Source: Planctomycetia bacterium (lineage in GTDB: Bacteria > Planctomycetota > Phycisphaerae > UBA1845 > Fen-1342). Taken from it: DNA of 64,000 nt. The DNA is taken from positions 1,732,616 through 1,796,615 of the forward strand of contig CP054190.1 of NCBI GenBank assembly GCA_015709575.1, written 5' to 3'. Shown one piece after another: positions 1 through 9,607 of the stretch. How positions within the stretch are numbered: the stretch's first letter is position 1; every line of letters begins with the position of its first letter. A program made the translations under genes and the position numbers. The notes below the pieces were generated by a model. The model had not been told where the DNA came from. It ran no database searches and was given only the letters and a program-made list of their open reading frames with translations.

Positions 1-1681
1 CGGCTGCATCCCGAATCTCTGCGGAAGGTTTCATCGACCGAAATTCCGTCGGCGGCACAATGAAGATCGCCCGCTGCGATTGCGCATCTTCCCGCATTGC
101 AGAGAGGTAGTGCGTTCCGCCGAGTCGCGGGTCGTGCGGGGCCGGGGGGTACAGGAAGTACACGTTCCCGAATCGGAAGCAATAGTCCCAGACGCCGATT
201 TCCTGGACGTCGACGCGCCCCGCGATGCGCTCGGCCTGCCAGCGGTGCGGGTCGTAGTTCATGGCGACCAGCATCACGACGTACGGCATGTTGACCAGCT
301 TCTCATCCGCGGTCACGAACACCGCATCTGCCGTGTTCAGCTCATCTCCTAGTACGCGGCACGCCTCCACCAGCGCGACGTGATACGTCCTTTGGATTTT
401 GTCACGCCGGTCAAAATCGCCGTAGAACCACCAGCCCCAAATCCCCGCCTCCAGCAGCACCCAGGCCGCCAGCAGCTCCACGTAGATGCGCCGTCGCGAC
501 CACCACCACGCCGCCCAGCGCGCCGCTCCGAACGCCGCCAGCAGCACCAGCGGCACGATCCCGGGAAAGCTCCGCAGCGCACTGGGGCCGTCGTTGGCGT
601 TGAGGATGTCCGAGATCGGATACAGAACCAGCCCGACCAGCAGCGCCCGCGCCGTCGACGAGGACCGCCAACCCGCCACCGCCGTACCCGCTCCAACGAT
701 CAGCAGCAGCGCGAAGTACCACGGAATCTGCCCGCCGATCGCGGGAGCGATCGTGGCGAAATTGTCGCCGCGCGTCAGCAGGAATGCCGGGTCAAAGTGC
801 TCGAAGTATCGCACGGCGACCAGCCCAACGCATTGAGCCACGGATTCACGGGTGCCCCAGACCCATGTCGTATTGCCGCGTTTGTTGATCGCCTGCCCGT
901 CGGTGACGTGAGTCCACACCAGCGGCCCGAACGTGACCGCCAACCCCAGCGCAAGTCCCGCCAGGCGACGCAAACCGGCGCTGGTTCGCATCAATCGCCA
1001 CCATTCCGGCAGCGACACACACGCAATCGCGAGCAACAGCACCGGCACGAACAGCCGAATCGCTGGGTAGCCGTAACACACCAGCCCCACCATCAGGCCC
1101 GCGATCACGCTTCGCCAAAGCGGTGGCGCGCCCACGGTCATGGTTGTGCCCCGCAGGATCGGCATTCCTGCCCAGCCGCAGACCCATATGGCGGTGCAGA
1201 CCGCCAGCGGGCAGAGGGAGGCCTCGTGTCCCCAGCGGGTGTGCTGTACGTGCCACGGCGCAATCGCCATCAGCAGCGCCCCGATCAGGCCGGCTGTCGG
1301 TGACACCGCCCGTCGCAGGATCAGAAAGGTGAGCAGCACGGACAGCACGCCGGCGGCCGCGGCCGGGGCGCGCATGGTGAATACGTTCAGCCCGCCGATG
1401 AGCTGAAACGGCATCATCCAGTACACAAACAGCGTGGATCGGTTTTCTCCCAGCGCCCGGGTATAGAAGATCGGCGTGTGTGCACCGGCCTGGTCCATCC
1501 CGGTGTTCAGGATGCACCAGGCGTTCCAGGCGTTCGCGGCCTCGTCCTGGTGGATTCCCGGTGGTGCGCTGCCCGGCGGCAGCAGCCGCAGTGCCGCCGA
1601 CAGCGCCAGAATGCCGACCAGCAGCCAGCGCACGCGACGGTGATTCGCGGCAGGGGGCTGCGGTGTCGGTGTGTGTGACAT
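1..1681 (-). CDS. Glycosyltransferase family 39 (ArnT/PMT-like, GT-C fold) membrane protein; 3' end runs off the window
   Basis: Absent from the ORF track because no stop lies in the window. My translation of the minus strand from ATG 1681..1679 gives MSHTPTPQPPAANHRRVRWLLVGILALSAALRLLPPGSAPPGIHQDEAANAWNAWCILNTGMDQAG... and stays open to position 1. It has multiple hydrophobic helices, an acidic DE motif in the first loop as in ArnT/PMT enzymes, and G/C-rich third positions. Track ORFs 380..1303(+) and 846..1718(-) are out-of-frame shadows. Confidence 0.7.
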   Translation of the reverse strand, partial: MSHTPTPQPPAANHRRVRWLLVGILALSAALRLLPPGSAPPGIHQDEAANAWNAWCILNTGMDQAGAHTPIFYTRALGENRSTLFVYWMMPFQLIGGLNVFTMRAPAAAAGVLSVLLTFLILRRAVSPTAGLIGALLMAIAPWHVQHTRWGHEASLCPLAVCTAIWVCGWAGMPILRGTTMTVGAPPLWRSVIAGLMVGLVCYGYPAIRLFVPVLLLAIACVSLPEWWRLMRTSAGLRRLAGLALGLAVTFGPLVWTHVTDGQAINKRGNTTWVWGTRESVAQCVGLVAVRYFEHFDPAFLLTRGDNFATIAPAIGGQIPWYFALLLIVGAGTAVAGWRSSSTARALLVGLVLYPISDILNANDGPSALRSFPGIVPLVLLAAFGAARWAAWWWSRRRIYVELLAAWVLLEAGIWGWWFYGDFDRRDKIQRTYHVALVEACRVLGDELNTADAVFVTADEKLVNMPYVVMLVAMNYDPHRWQAERIAGRVDVQEIGVWDYCFRFGNVYFLYPPAPHDPRLGGTHYLSAMREDAQSQRAIFIVPPTEFRSMKPSAEIRDAA

Positions 1682-1816
1682 CGGCGGGAATGTTGAGCAA
1701 AGCGGCGCGCCGCGGCAAGGGGTGAGTTTACGAGAGCTTTTCGCGCGACTATGATTCCGCGTCCTCCCACGCCGGCAGAGGAGTTGTGGGAGCGTGGCAT
1801 CAGCAGGAATCCGCCC

Positions 1817-2930
1817 ATGGTGATCGCAGATCCGAAAGGCGCACTCGCCGATCTGACCGCCCGCATCCACGCGATGCGGGACTCTCTTTGACATTCCCTC
1901 CAAGTCCTCCCGTATCACTGAGTTGGAATCGAAGATGGCGGAACCCGGTTTCTGGGATAACCCGGAAGCGGCGCAGGCCGTCATTGCGGAGATGAAGGGA
2001 CTGCGCGCAAAGGTCGATCCGGTCGTGGACCTGACGCGTCGTGTGGATGATGCCGCCGTGCTGCTGGAGTTGTCGGCCGAGGATTCGAGCGGGGAGAGCG
2101 CCGCCGAGTTGGATCGTGAGCTGGGGACGCTGGCATCGCGTACCGAGCAAGTGGAACTGCTGACGCTGCTCAGCGGGGAAAACGACGCTCGCAACTGCTT
2201 CCTCTCGATCAACGCGGGCGCCGGCGGCGTGGAGTCGGCGGACTTCGCCGAGATGCTGTTGCGCATGTACCTGATGTACTTCGAGCGCGCCGGCTTCACG
2301 GCGTTTGAGCTGGATCGTCGCGACGGCGATGAGGCCGGGATTCAATCAGTGACGCTGCTGGTGCAGGGTCCATATGCCTACGGCTACCTCTCGTGCGAGG
2401 TAGGCGTGCATCGCCTCGTGCGGATCAGCCCGTTCAACGCCCAGGGCAAGCGGCAGACCAGCTTCGCCGGGGTGGACTGCCTGGCGGAGATCCCCGACCA
2501 GGAAGTGGACATTAAGGAAGTGGACCTGGAGTTCGAGTACTTCCGTCGCGCCAGCGGCGCCGGCGGCCAGAACGTGAACAAGGTCGCCACCGCGGTGCGT
2601 GTGAAGCACCTTCCGACCGGGATCGTGGTCGAATGTGTGAACGAGCGGAGCCAGGCGCAGAACAAGCGGTTGGCGCTGAGCATGCTGCAATCGCGGCTTG
2701 AAAAGATTGAGGAAGCCAAGCGCGATGAGGAAACCGCCAAAAAATACAGCGAGAAGGGCGACATCGCCTGGGGCAACCAGATCCGCAATTACGTTCTGCA
2801 CGGATCAACAATCCATGTGAAGGATCTGCGCACCGGGCTGGCGGTGGGGGACACGCAGCGCGTCCTCAACGGCGACCTACAGCCCTTTATCGACGCCTGC
2901 CTTCGCTTGCGCCTCCGCGGCGGAAAATGA
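1817..2930 (+). CDS. prfB: Peptide chain release factor 2, expressed through a programmed +1 ribosomal frameshift
   Basis: Frame 0 from ATG 1817 reads MVIADPKGALADLTARIHAMRDSL, then hits an in-frame TGA inside CTT TGA C (1886..1892), the canonical RF2 shift site. The +1 frame continues DIPSKSSRITELESKMAEPGFWDN..., which is track ORF 1923..2930. SPF (RISPFNAQGKRQTSF) and GGQ (SGAGGQNVNKV) motifs are present. Confidence 0.93.
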
Positions 2931-2999
2931 TTGATCATCCCAACCGCTCAGGTATTCGGCCAGGCACGTGAATACCTGATTCGATGGCGGGATGCTGTC

Positions 3000-4679
3000 T
3001 CACGGCGCGTCCGCGAGATCGCGCCGCTTGAACACCAGGATGTTGTGGCGCACGATGTCATCGACCTGCACGTAGTTCGCTTCCATCCACGGGCCGATCG
3101 TCACTTCGCTGGTCGGCTTGTCGGGCCGTCGCCCCATGATCCACTCGTAGTCCAGCGCCTCCATGACGATCAGCACCGGCTTGCTTGCCTGTAGCGTGCG
3201 CTCCAGCTCGTCGAGAACGAATCGCGCGCCCGGCCCGACCTGCCCGACCTTCTCCGTCGTGGTGAACCGGCATACGTTGACGCGCTTGGCGTGCAGGTAG
3301 ACCCCCGGCATGTATCCCCAGCACTGGATGCGATCCTCGGGACGCGAATGGCGTTTCACGGATTCGCCGACTTCCTCCCACCAGCGCGGCTGGCCTAACA
3401 CCACCCGTGGAACCCAGACCGACGCTAACGACTGCCATTGCCGCGTGACGGCTTCGGCGGCGAACCAGCCCATGACGACGAACGTCGCCACCACCCAGGC
3501 GCGCTGCTGCATTCGCCGCAGCAGCCGCTGCTCCGTCGTCAGCATGCTGAGCAGGTGCCCGCCCAGCATGATCACCGGCGCGAACGTCGGCACCAGGTAA
3601 TGTCGGAAGGCGTGCGGGCTGAGCAGCGCGCCATACACGGCCAATCCCCACCAGATCACGGTGAATACCGCGTACCGCGGGCACACCGGTCCCAGCCGCC
3701 GCACCTGCGCATCCAGCTCGCGCGGCCGCAGCGTCGGCCGCAGCCGCCAAAGCGCCGCGTGGATCAGTGCCCCGACCGCCAGCAGGTAGGGCAGCGTCAT
3801 CACCAGGATGTTGTCGTTCCAGAGCAGGAACCACGACTTGTAGCTATACGGGAAGCGGCTGTGCCCCGCGGCGAAATAGGAGCGATTGAACGTGAATGTT
3901 GCGAAAATCGCGTCATTCAGCGCCCCCTGGTATGCCAACACGCCCGCCGCGAGCGTGAGCACCAGGGCCACGCCCGCGACCAGCAGGCCGGCCCGCCGAA
4001 CTGCCGCGGTGAGCGAGATGTCGCGAAACAGCGCGCAGAGCACCAGATGAGCGCACATGGCCGCACAGGCCGCCAGGCCGACCTGCTTGAACAGAAACGC
4101 GCACCCTGCGCAAGCACCGGCCGCCAGCCAGCACCAGAGCCGATCCCGCGCCCAGCCGCGCATGTAGAGCGCCACGGCGGTCAGTTCGAACGCGACGAGA
4201 AACGTCTCGGTGCGATTGGTGCCGCCGGTGTAGTAGCCGTGCATCAGGTAGAAGGAGAGCAGCACGGTGCACAGTGCGGCGGCGGTACGGAAGTAGATGG
4301 AAGCGCAGGCGATGAAGAAGCTGACGAAGCTGATCGCCAGTGCCAGCGAGCAGGCCGCCACCACGCCGGCGTAGGACCCGCCGCCGGCGAACATCGCCAG
4401 CGCGTTGATCCAGTAAATGCCCGGAGGCTTGTTATCCCAGACGTCGAGGTAGACGGTCGCGCCGTCAGCGATGCGCCAGCCGTAGTAGGCGAACATCTGG
4501 TCGTCCACCACGTCATCGCGCAGCACGGCGATGTACTGGCAGAGCACGATCAGCGGGATGATGACCGCCGCCGTCACGCCGGCCAGCATCCGCCAACTCG
4601 TCTCGCGCGCGTCGATCAGCACCGCGTCCACCGCGGCATAGCTGATGGCCCGGGACTCGTCGCGGCGGTCGTCGCTCAA
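3000..4679 (-). CDS. Glycosyltransferase family 39 (ArnT/PMT-like) multi-pass membrane protein
   Basis: Track ORF 3000..4880(-). The body reads ...VVDDQMFAYYGWRIADGATVYLDVWDNKPPGIYWINALAMF... with many TM helices. The first ~67 track codons overlap the SOD gene and are Arg-rich. The start is more likely TTG 4679 (GGGGA upstream) or ATG 4589. The stop at 3000 is firm. Confidence 0.65.
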   Translation of the reverse strand: MSDDRRDESRAISYAAVDAVLIDARETSWRMLAGVTAAVIIPLIVLCQYIAVLRDDVVDDQMFAYYGWRIADGATVYLDVWDNKPPGIYWINALAMFAGGGSYAGVVAACSLALAISFVSFFIACASIYFRTAAALCTVLLSFYLMHGYYTGGTNRTETFLVAFELTAVALYMRGWARDRLWCWLAAGACAGCAFLFKQVGLAACAAMCAHLVLCALFRDISLTAAVRRAGLLVAGVALVLTLAAGVLAYQGALNDAIFATFTFNRSYFAAGHSRFPYSYKSWFLLWNDNILVMTLPYLLAVGALIHAALWRLRPTLRPRELDAQVRRLGPVCPRYAVFTVIWWGLAVYGALLSPHAFRHYLVPTFAPVIMLGGHLLSMLTTEQRLLRRMQQRAWVVATFVVMGWFAAEAVTRQWQSLASVWVPRVVLGQPRWWEEVGESVKRHSRPEDRIQCWGYMPGVYLHAKRVNVCRFTTTEKVGQVGPGARFVLDELERTLQASKPVLIVMEALDYEWIMGRRPDKPTSEVTIGPWMEANYVQVDDIVRHNILVFKRRDLADAP

Positions 4680-4726
4680 GCAGGTTCCCCGCGGGGGCGC
4701 AATTCCGCGGCAGCGCCGCGGCGCGG

Positions 4727-5593
4727 CTAGCGCTGCGGCTCCGCGGCGCGCAGGCGGGCGTCCACGTCGTCCCAGTTCACGACGTTCATGAACGCGCGGA
4801 CGTAGTCGCTGCGACGATTCTGATACTTGAGGTAATAGGCGTGCTCCCACACGTCGCAGCCCAGCAGCGGCACCACCCATACCGAGCTGTTCTGCTGTTT
4901 CTCCACCTGCAGCACGACCAGCCGTCGCGCGACCGTCTCGTAGCCGAGAATCGCCCAGCCGCTGCCCTGCACCTGCGCGGCTGCCGCCTGGAACTGCCCG
5001 GCGAACGCCTCGTAGGAGCCGAAATCGCGCTGGACCAATCGGCCGATCGCGGTATTCGCGTCCGGCGGTCCGCCACCGTTCCGGCGCATGTTGCTCCAGT
5101 ACATCGTGTGCAGCAGGTGGCCGGAGAGATTGAACTGAAGCGCGTCCGTGGCGGCCCGCACCTGGCGGATGGTGTCGCCTCCCGCCTCGCGGATGCGGGC
5201 CAGCTCGGCCAGCGCCGCGTTTGCCCCGTTCACGTATCCGAGGTGATGGACGTCGTGGTGCAGCTTGACCGTCTGCGCATCAAGGTAGGGTTCGAGGTCG
5301 GCGTAGTCGTAGGGCAGCGGCGGCAGCGCGTACATCCCGTCGGGCGAGACAGCGCCGGCGTTGACCGCGACGACCGCCGCCGGGGCGGCCTGCGTGACTG
5401 TCGGAGAGGCCGGAGACGTTGCCGGTGTCTCCTGCGCAGCCGCGAGGGTGGGAATCGCGATCCAGCCGCCGACAACCGCTGCACCGGCCAGCAGCGCACG
5501 GCGCGTCAGCGGGTCTTCCGTCGTTATGTGTAACGTGGCGTCCGCCGCCGTATGCGCTGGCGGCCCATTGGGGTCAATCGGCATGTTCGGCAT
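4727..5593 (-). CDS. Fe/Mn-family superoxide dismutase with N-terminal twin-arginine (Tat) signal and Ala/Pro/Thr linker
   Basis: YALPPLPYDYADLEPYLDAQTVKLHHDVHHLGYVNGAN... and DVWEHAYYLKYQNRRSDYV are classic Fe/Mn SOD signatures. The N-terminus carries TRRALLAGAAVVGGWIAIPTLAAAQ, which is Tat-like. Confidence 0.9.
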   Translation of the reverse strand: MPNMPIDPNGPPAHTAADATLHITTEDPLTRRALLAGAAVVGGWIAIPTLAAAQETPATSPASPTVTQAAPAAVVAVNAGAVSPDGMYALPPLPYDYADLEPYLDAQTVKLHHDVHHLGYVNGANAALAELARIREAGGDTIRQVRAATDALQFNLSGHLLHTMYWSNMRRNGGGPPDANTAIGRLVQRDFGSYEAFAGQFQAAAAQVQGSGWAILGYETVARRLVVLQVEKQQNSSVWVVPLLGCDVWEHAYYLKYQNRRSDYVRAFMNVVNWDDVDARLRAAEPQR

Positions 5594-5615
5594 CGCCGCT
5601 CACTTTCTACTCGCG

Positions 5616-6002
5616 TCAGCCGCCGCCGGCGCACCCGGGCGCGGTCGCCGGGGTGCTGCAATCGCGCGGGGCAGGGATCAGGCAGATGAACTCCAGCGGC
5701 TCCGGGCCGGTGTTCATGAACTGGTGCATTTCATTGGGTGGCACCCATATCACATCGCCGGCGCGACACGGGCGATCGCCGGCCTCGCTGCGCGCGGTGC
5801 CGCTGCCGCGCAGGATCAGGATCTCGTGCTCGTAGTCGTGCTGGTGGTGCGGCGTGAAACCGCCGGGCGCCACTTCGAAGTGGCGCATGTGAAACACCGT
5901 CGCGCCGTCCGCCGGCCCGACCAGCATGCGCATTCGGGCGCCGCTCGCGCCGGGCATTTGGACCGGATGCTGGGGATGATCCTGGAGCGAGGCGACGCGC
6001 AT
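5616..6002 (-). CDS. Cupin-domain protein
   Basis: GGFTPHHQHDYEHEILILRGSG...AGDVIWVPPNEMHQFMNTG matches the two cupin motifs (G-x5-H-x-H-x3-E ... G-x5-P-x-G-x2-H). Confidence 0.75.
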   Translation of the reverse strand: MRVASLQDHPQHPVQMPGASGARMRMLVGPADGATVFHMRHFEVAPGGFTPHHQHDYEHEILILRGSGTARSEAGDRPCRAGDVIWVPPNEMHQFMNTGPEPLEFICLIPAPRDCSTPATAPGCAGGG

Positions 6003-6025
6003 GATCGAGTTCCACCGTATGCGAT

Positions 6026-6478
6026 TCAGTTACTGACGATCCATGCGTCCGAAGCGCGGGTGTAGCTCACCAACTCCTCGGGTTTGAAGAAGAGTTCCAG
6101 TTCAAACTTGGCCGTTTCCGGGCCGTCGCTGGCGTGCACGAGGTTGAACTGCTTGTCGATGCCGAAATCGCCGCGAATCGTGCCCGGCGCGGCCTGACGT
6201 CCGTCGGTCGCTCCAAGCATCGTTCGAACGACCGTGATCGCCTGTGGCCCCTCGATCGCTGCAACCACGACCGGCCCGCTGGTCATGAATCCCACCAGCG
6301 ACTTGTAGAACGGGCGGTCCTTGTGCACCTCGTAGTGGCGGGCCACAATCGCATCGGGGGTCTTCTGCAAGCGCATGCCGATGATCCGCAGCCCCTTATC
6401 CTCAAACCGCGCCAGCAGGCGGCCGATCAATCCGCGCTGCACGGCGTCAGGCTTCACAATGATGAGCGTACGTTCCAT
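6026..6478 (-). CDS. ndk: Nucleoside diphosphate kinase
   Basis: MERTLIIVKPDAVQRGLIGRLLARFEDKGLRIIGMRL...TIRGDFGIDKQFNLVHASD is a canonical NDK sequence with typical length. Confidence 0.95.
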   Translation of the reverse strand: MERTLIIVKPDAVQRGLIGRLLARFEDKGLRIIGMRLQKTPDAIVARHYEVHKDRPFYKSLVGFMTSGPVVVAAIEGPQAITVVRTMLGATDGRQAAPGTIRGDFGIDKQFNLVHASDGPETAKFELELFFKPEELVSYTRASDAWIVSN

Positions 6479-6687
6479 CTCTGATTCGACTCCTGCGTTT
6501 CTTCATGCACTTTGGCCGCGGCTCAGCCGCGCCGGCGCCACCGCCGCGCCGGTCCCAAACCGGTCCAATCGTTGGCAGGGATCTTACCGCCGCGACCGCG
6601 GCGCGAACACTCCGCCTGGCACGCGGTCCCAGTCGCGTTCCGCGGCCGATTCACGGTCGATCGCGGGGGCAGCTATGCTCGGGCGCA

Positions 6688-7809
6688 GTGACAACGCCCG
6701 TTCTTCAACACTCCGATCCGATTCGCAACGCTGGCGCGTCGCGCCTGCTCGCGCTGGACGCCTTCCGCGGGTTCGACATGCTGGCCATGCTGCTGGTCGC
6801 GACCGCCTTCGATCCCAACTTTTACCCCGAACAGTTGCGTCATCGCGGGTGGAATGACGGGGCCCACGGAGCGACGTTCTGCGACCTGATCTTTCCGTGG
6901 TTTCTATTCATCGTCGGCGTCGCGATCCCGTTTTCGATGGAAGCCGGTCGTGGGCGGTCGCTGTCCATGACATGGAGATTGTTGTCCGCGGCGCGGCGCG
7001 GGTTGATGTTGTACCTGCTGGGATGCCTGATCCACGCCGCCCGTACCGGCATCGTTACGGTGCTGACGTGGGACATTCTTCAACACATCGGCGCTGCTTA
7101 TCTGATTGCGGTAGCGGTCTATCACCTCCCGCTGAGCGGGCGGCTCGGTTACGTCGCGGTCGTGCTCCTGGCGAAGTACGCGCTGCTGCGATTCATTCCA
7201 TACCCCGGCGCCGGAGAGGTGCTCTGGACGCGGGAGGAGAACTTGCAGTGCTGGCTCACGGCCAACGTGCTGGGCTGGTTCGGGGCGTTGCAGAACGTGC
7301 TGCCCGGATCGACGGTGGTGGTCATGGGATTGATGGCCGGATCGTGGCTGCGCACGCGCGCAAGCCAGCCATACGCGGCCATCGGCGGCCTGTTGATCGG
7401 CGGCGCGGCGCTGGTCGGGTTATCGTGGGTCTGGCAGGTCGATTTTCCCTACAGCAAGGACTACTTCACGTCCTCGTATGCCCTGCTCGGCGCGGGTTCA
7501 GGGTGCGTGCTGCTGGCGTGGTTCTACTGGTGCTGCGACGTGCGGCGACTGACACGTGCCGCCGTCTTCGTGATCCCCGGGCGAAACGCGATCGCCATGT
7601 ACGTCGCGATGTCCGTGTTGTCACCGATGGTGTTGCACCGATGGCGGCTCGCGGGAGACCCGCGCACGCTGGCGCAGGCGCTCACGGATTTCCTGTCCGC
7701 TTCATTCGGCGGAATGGCCGGGGCGTGGCTATATACGGCTGCGTACGTTGGCGCCGGCTGGCTGCTGACCTGCTGGCTGCACCGCCGTGGGGCGTATCTG
7801 AAGGTGTGA
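6688..7809 (+). CDS. Multi-pass membrane acyltransferase-like protein (DUF5009 / heparan-alpha-glucosaminide N-acetyltransferase-like)
   Basis: RLLALDAFRGFDMLAMLLV...FCDLIFPWFLFIVGVAIPFS plus about 10 hydrophobic segments. The track ORF starts at 6505 with an Arg/Pro-rich extension. I favour in-frame GTG 6688, but the start is uncertain. Confidence 0.6.
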   Translation: MTTPVLQHSDPIRNAGASRLLALDAFRGFDMLAMLLVATAFDPNFYPEQLRHRGWNDGAHGATFCDLIFPWFLFIVGVAIPFSMEAGRGRSLSMTWRLLSAARRGLMLYLLGCLIHAARTGIVTVLTWDILQHIGAAYLIAVAVYHLPLSGRLGYVAVVLLAKYALLRFIPYPGAGEVLWTREENLQCWLTANVLGWFGALQNVLPGSTVVVMGLMAGSWLRTRASQPYAAIGGLLIGGAALVGLSWVWQVDFPYSKDYFTSSYALLGAGSGCVLLAWFYWCCDVRRLTRAAVFVIPGRNAIAMYVAMSVLSPMVLHRWRLAGDPRTLAQALTDFLSASFGGMAGAWLYTAAYVGAGWLLTCWLHRRGAYLKV

Positions 7810-7820
7810 TCCGGGCGGGG

Positions 7821-8420
7821 CTACTGTCGCCCCTGAAACGCGGCTTCCAGCATCGACCGGTTGGCATGCTCGATCTGGCCGCCCGGCGGCAGCCCGCGGG
7901 CAAGCCGCGTCACGGTCACGCCGCTGTCCGCCAGCGCGCCGATCAAGCACAGCGCCGTGGCGTCGCCCTCGAGTGTCGGGTTCGTCGCCAGCACCACCTC
8001 GCGCACACCGCCGTCAGAAATGCGCTTTCGGAGCGATTCGATCGTCAAATGTCGCGGTTCGACGCCATCGAGCGCCGAAACGCGCCCCATCAGCACGTGG
8101 TAGACGCCGGAATTCAGCCCGCCCGCCTCAAACGCCAGCAGATCCTTGGGCTGCTCGACAACCACGATCAGCCCCGCGTCGCGACGCGGATCGCGACAGA
8201 TGTCACACAATTCGTCTTCTGCGAGGTTGAAGCAGCGCGAGCAGGGGCGGACACGCTCCTTGATGTCGATGATCGTCCGCGCCAAGCCGACGGCTTCCTC
8301 CGTCGGCTGCTTCAGGAGATGAAACGCGATGCGCTCTGCCGAGCGCGCGCCCACGCCGGGGAGCTTGCGCAATTCGTCAATTAATCGCTGGAGCGGGCCG
8401 CTCAGCCGCGGTTCAGACAT
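7821..8420 (-). CDS. recR: Recombination protein RecR
   Basis: HhH motif LRKLPGVGARSAERIAFHLL, C4 zinc finger CSRCFNLAEDELCDIC, and a Toprim-like core. Confidence 0.95.
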   Translation of the reverse strand: MSEPRLSGPLQRLIDELRKLPGVGARSAERIAFHLLKQPTEEAVGLARTIIDIKERVRPCSRCFNLAEDELCDICRDPRRDAGLIVVVEQPKDLLAFEAGGLNSGVYHVLMGRVSALDGVEPRHLTIESLRKRISDGGVREVVLATNPTLEGDATALCLIGALADSGVTVTRLARGLPPGGQIEHANRSMLEAAFQGRQ

Positions 8421-8431
8421 GCGTGTTCCGG

Positions 8432-8779
8432 CTACTTCGGGAGACCGCCGAGCAGATCGCCCATTCCGGGCAGATTCAGCCCGCCAGTGAGCTGCGCCAT
8501 TTCTTTCTGGGTGGCTTCACGGGCATAGGTGGCCGCCTGGCGAACTGCGGCGACGACGAGATCCTCGATCATCTCCACGTCGCCGGCAGTCACAAGATCA
8601 GGCGAGATCCGGACTTCCAGCAGTTCGCCGCGCCCGTCCACGGTCGCCGTCACCTGCCCCGCGCCGGCGTCGCCGACGTAGCGCGCGGCGGCCATGCGGG
8701 CCTGCATGTCCTGCATGGATTGCTTGATGCTGCCGGCGTTCTTCACCAGTTCCGCAATCTGCCCGAGCTTTCCGAACAT
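8432..8779 (-). CDS. ybaB: Nucleoid-associated protein YbaB/EbfC family
   Basis: MFGKLGQIAELVKNAGSIKQSMQDMQARMAA...TATVDGRGELLEVRISPDLV. It sits directly upstream of recR, as in the conserved ybaB-recR pair. Confidence 0.9.
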   Translation of the reverse strand: MFGKLGQIAELVKNAGSIKQSMQDMQARMAAARYVGDAGAGQVTATVDGRGELLEVRISPDLVTAGDVEMIEDLVVAAVRQAATYAREATQKEMAQLTGGLNLPGMGDLLGGLPK

Positions 8780-8836
8780 TCCCGCGCTCCCATGTGTGGC
8801 CGGCCGGCGATCAGCGGCATCGCGGCCGATGACACA

Positions 8837-9607
8837 TCATAGCGTCTTGGGCGAGGCCCGCACGGGCGCGGCTGTGTCGCCGTCGCGCTTCGGGCCGCCG
8901 GCTCGAATGTCGCGCCGCAGCGCCAGCAGTTCCCGAAACGCGCGAAAAATCACGCTCAGGCGCGCCCCGGTTTGCTGCCCGGCGGTGCGCGGATAGTGCG
9001 AGACGTCGATCTGGCCGATCGAATAGCCCAGCCGCTGGGCACGGGAGAGTACCTCGGTGTCGATCAGCGCGCCGGTGCTCTTCATATCGATGCGATCGAA
9101 GAGCGAACGCGGATAGATCTTGAACGCGCCGTCGATGTCGCGGATTCGCAGGCGGAACAGCGCACGCACCAATGTCCCCCAGGCCCATGCGTTGAGGCGG
9201 CGGATCCACGGGTCGCGACGCTGCCGGCGATAGCCGGACACGATGTCGTAGCGCTCCAGCAGGGGCAGCAGCCGCGGTAGTTCGCCGATGTCAAACTGCC
9301 CGTCGCCGTCGGTGTAGAAAACCCACGTCTTGGTCGCTTCGCGGAAGCCACGCGACAGCGCCCCGCCGTAGCCGCGGTTCGGCGAATTGTGCACGACCCG
9401 CACTTCGGGGAATTCCGCTGCAAGGCGCTCGGCGATTTCTCCGGTGCGGTCGCGGCTGCCGTCGTTCACGATCAGCACTTCGAGGTCGTCGGCAACCTTC
9501 CGTCCGACTTCGACGGCCGATCGGGTCACGCGCTCGACGTTGGCCTCCTCGTTGTAGCAAGGAAAGGTGATCGTGAGTGAGAGGGGGGAGCGCGGCGGGC
9601 GGGTCAT
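8837..9607 (-). CDS. Family 2 glycosyltransferase (polyprenol-phosphate sugar synthase-like, Dpm1/ArnC/GtrB type)
   Basis: LTITFPCYNEEANVERV...EVLIVNDGSRDRTGEIAE...NRGYGGALSRGF...YTDGDGQF is a typical GT2 DxD-containing core. Confidence 0.8.
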   Translation of the reverse strand: MTRPPRSPLSLTITFPCYNEEANVERVTRSAVEVGRKVADDLEVLIVNDGSRDRTGEIAERLAAEFPEVRVVHNSPNRGYGGALSRGFREATKTWVFYTDGDGQFDIGELPRLLPLLERYDIVSGYRRQRRDPWIRRLNAWAWGTLVRALFRLRIRDIDGAFKIYPRSLFDRIDMKSTGALIDTEVLSRAQRLGYSIGQIDVSHYPRTAGQQTGARLSVIFRAFRELLALRRDIRAGGPKRDGDTAAPVRASPKTL

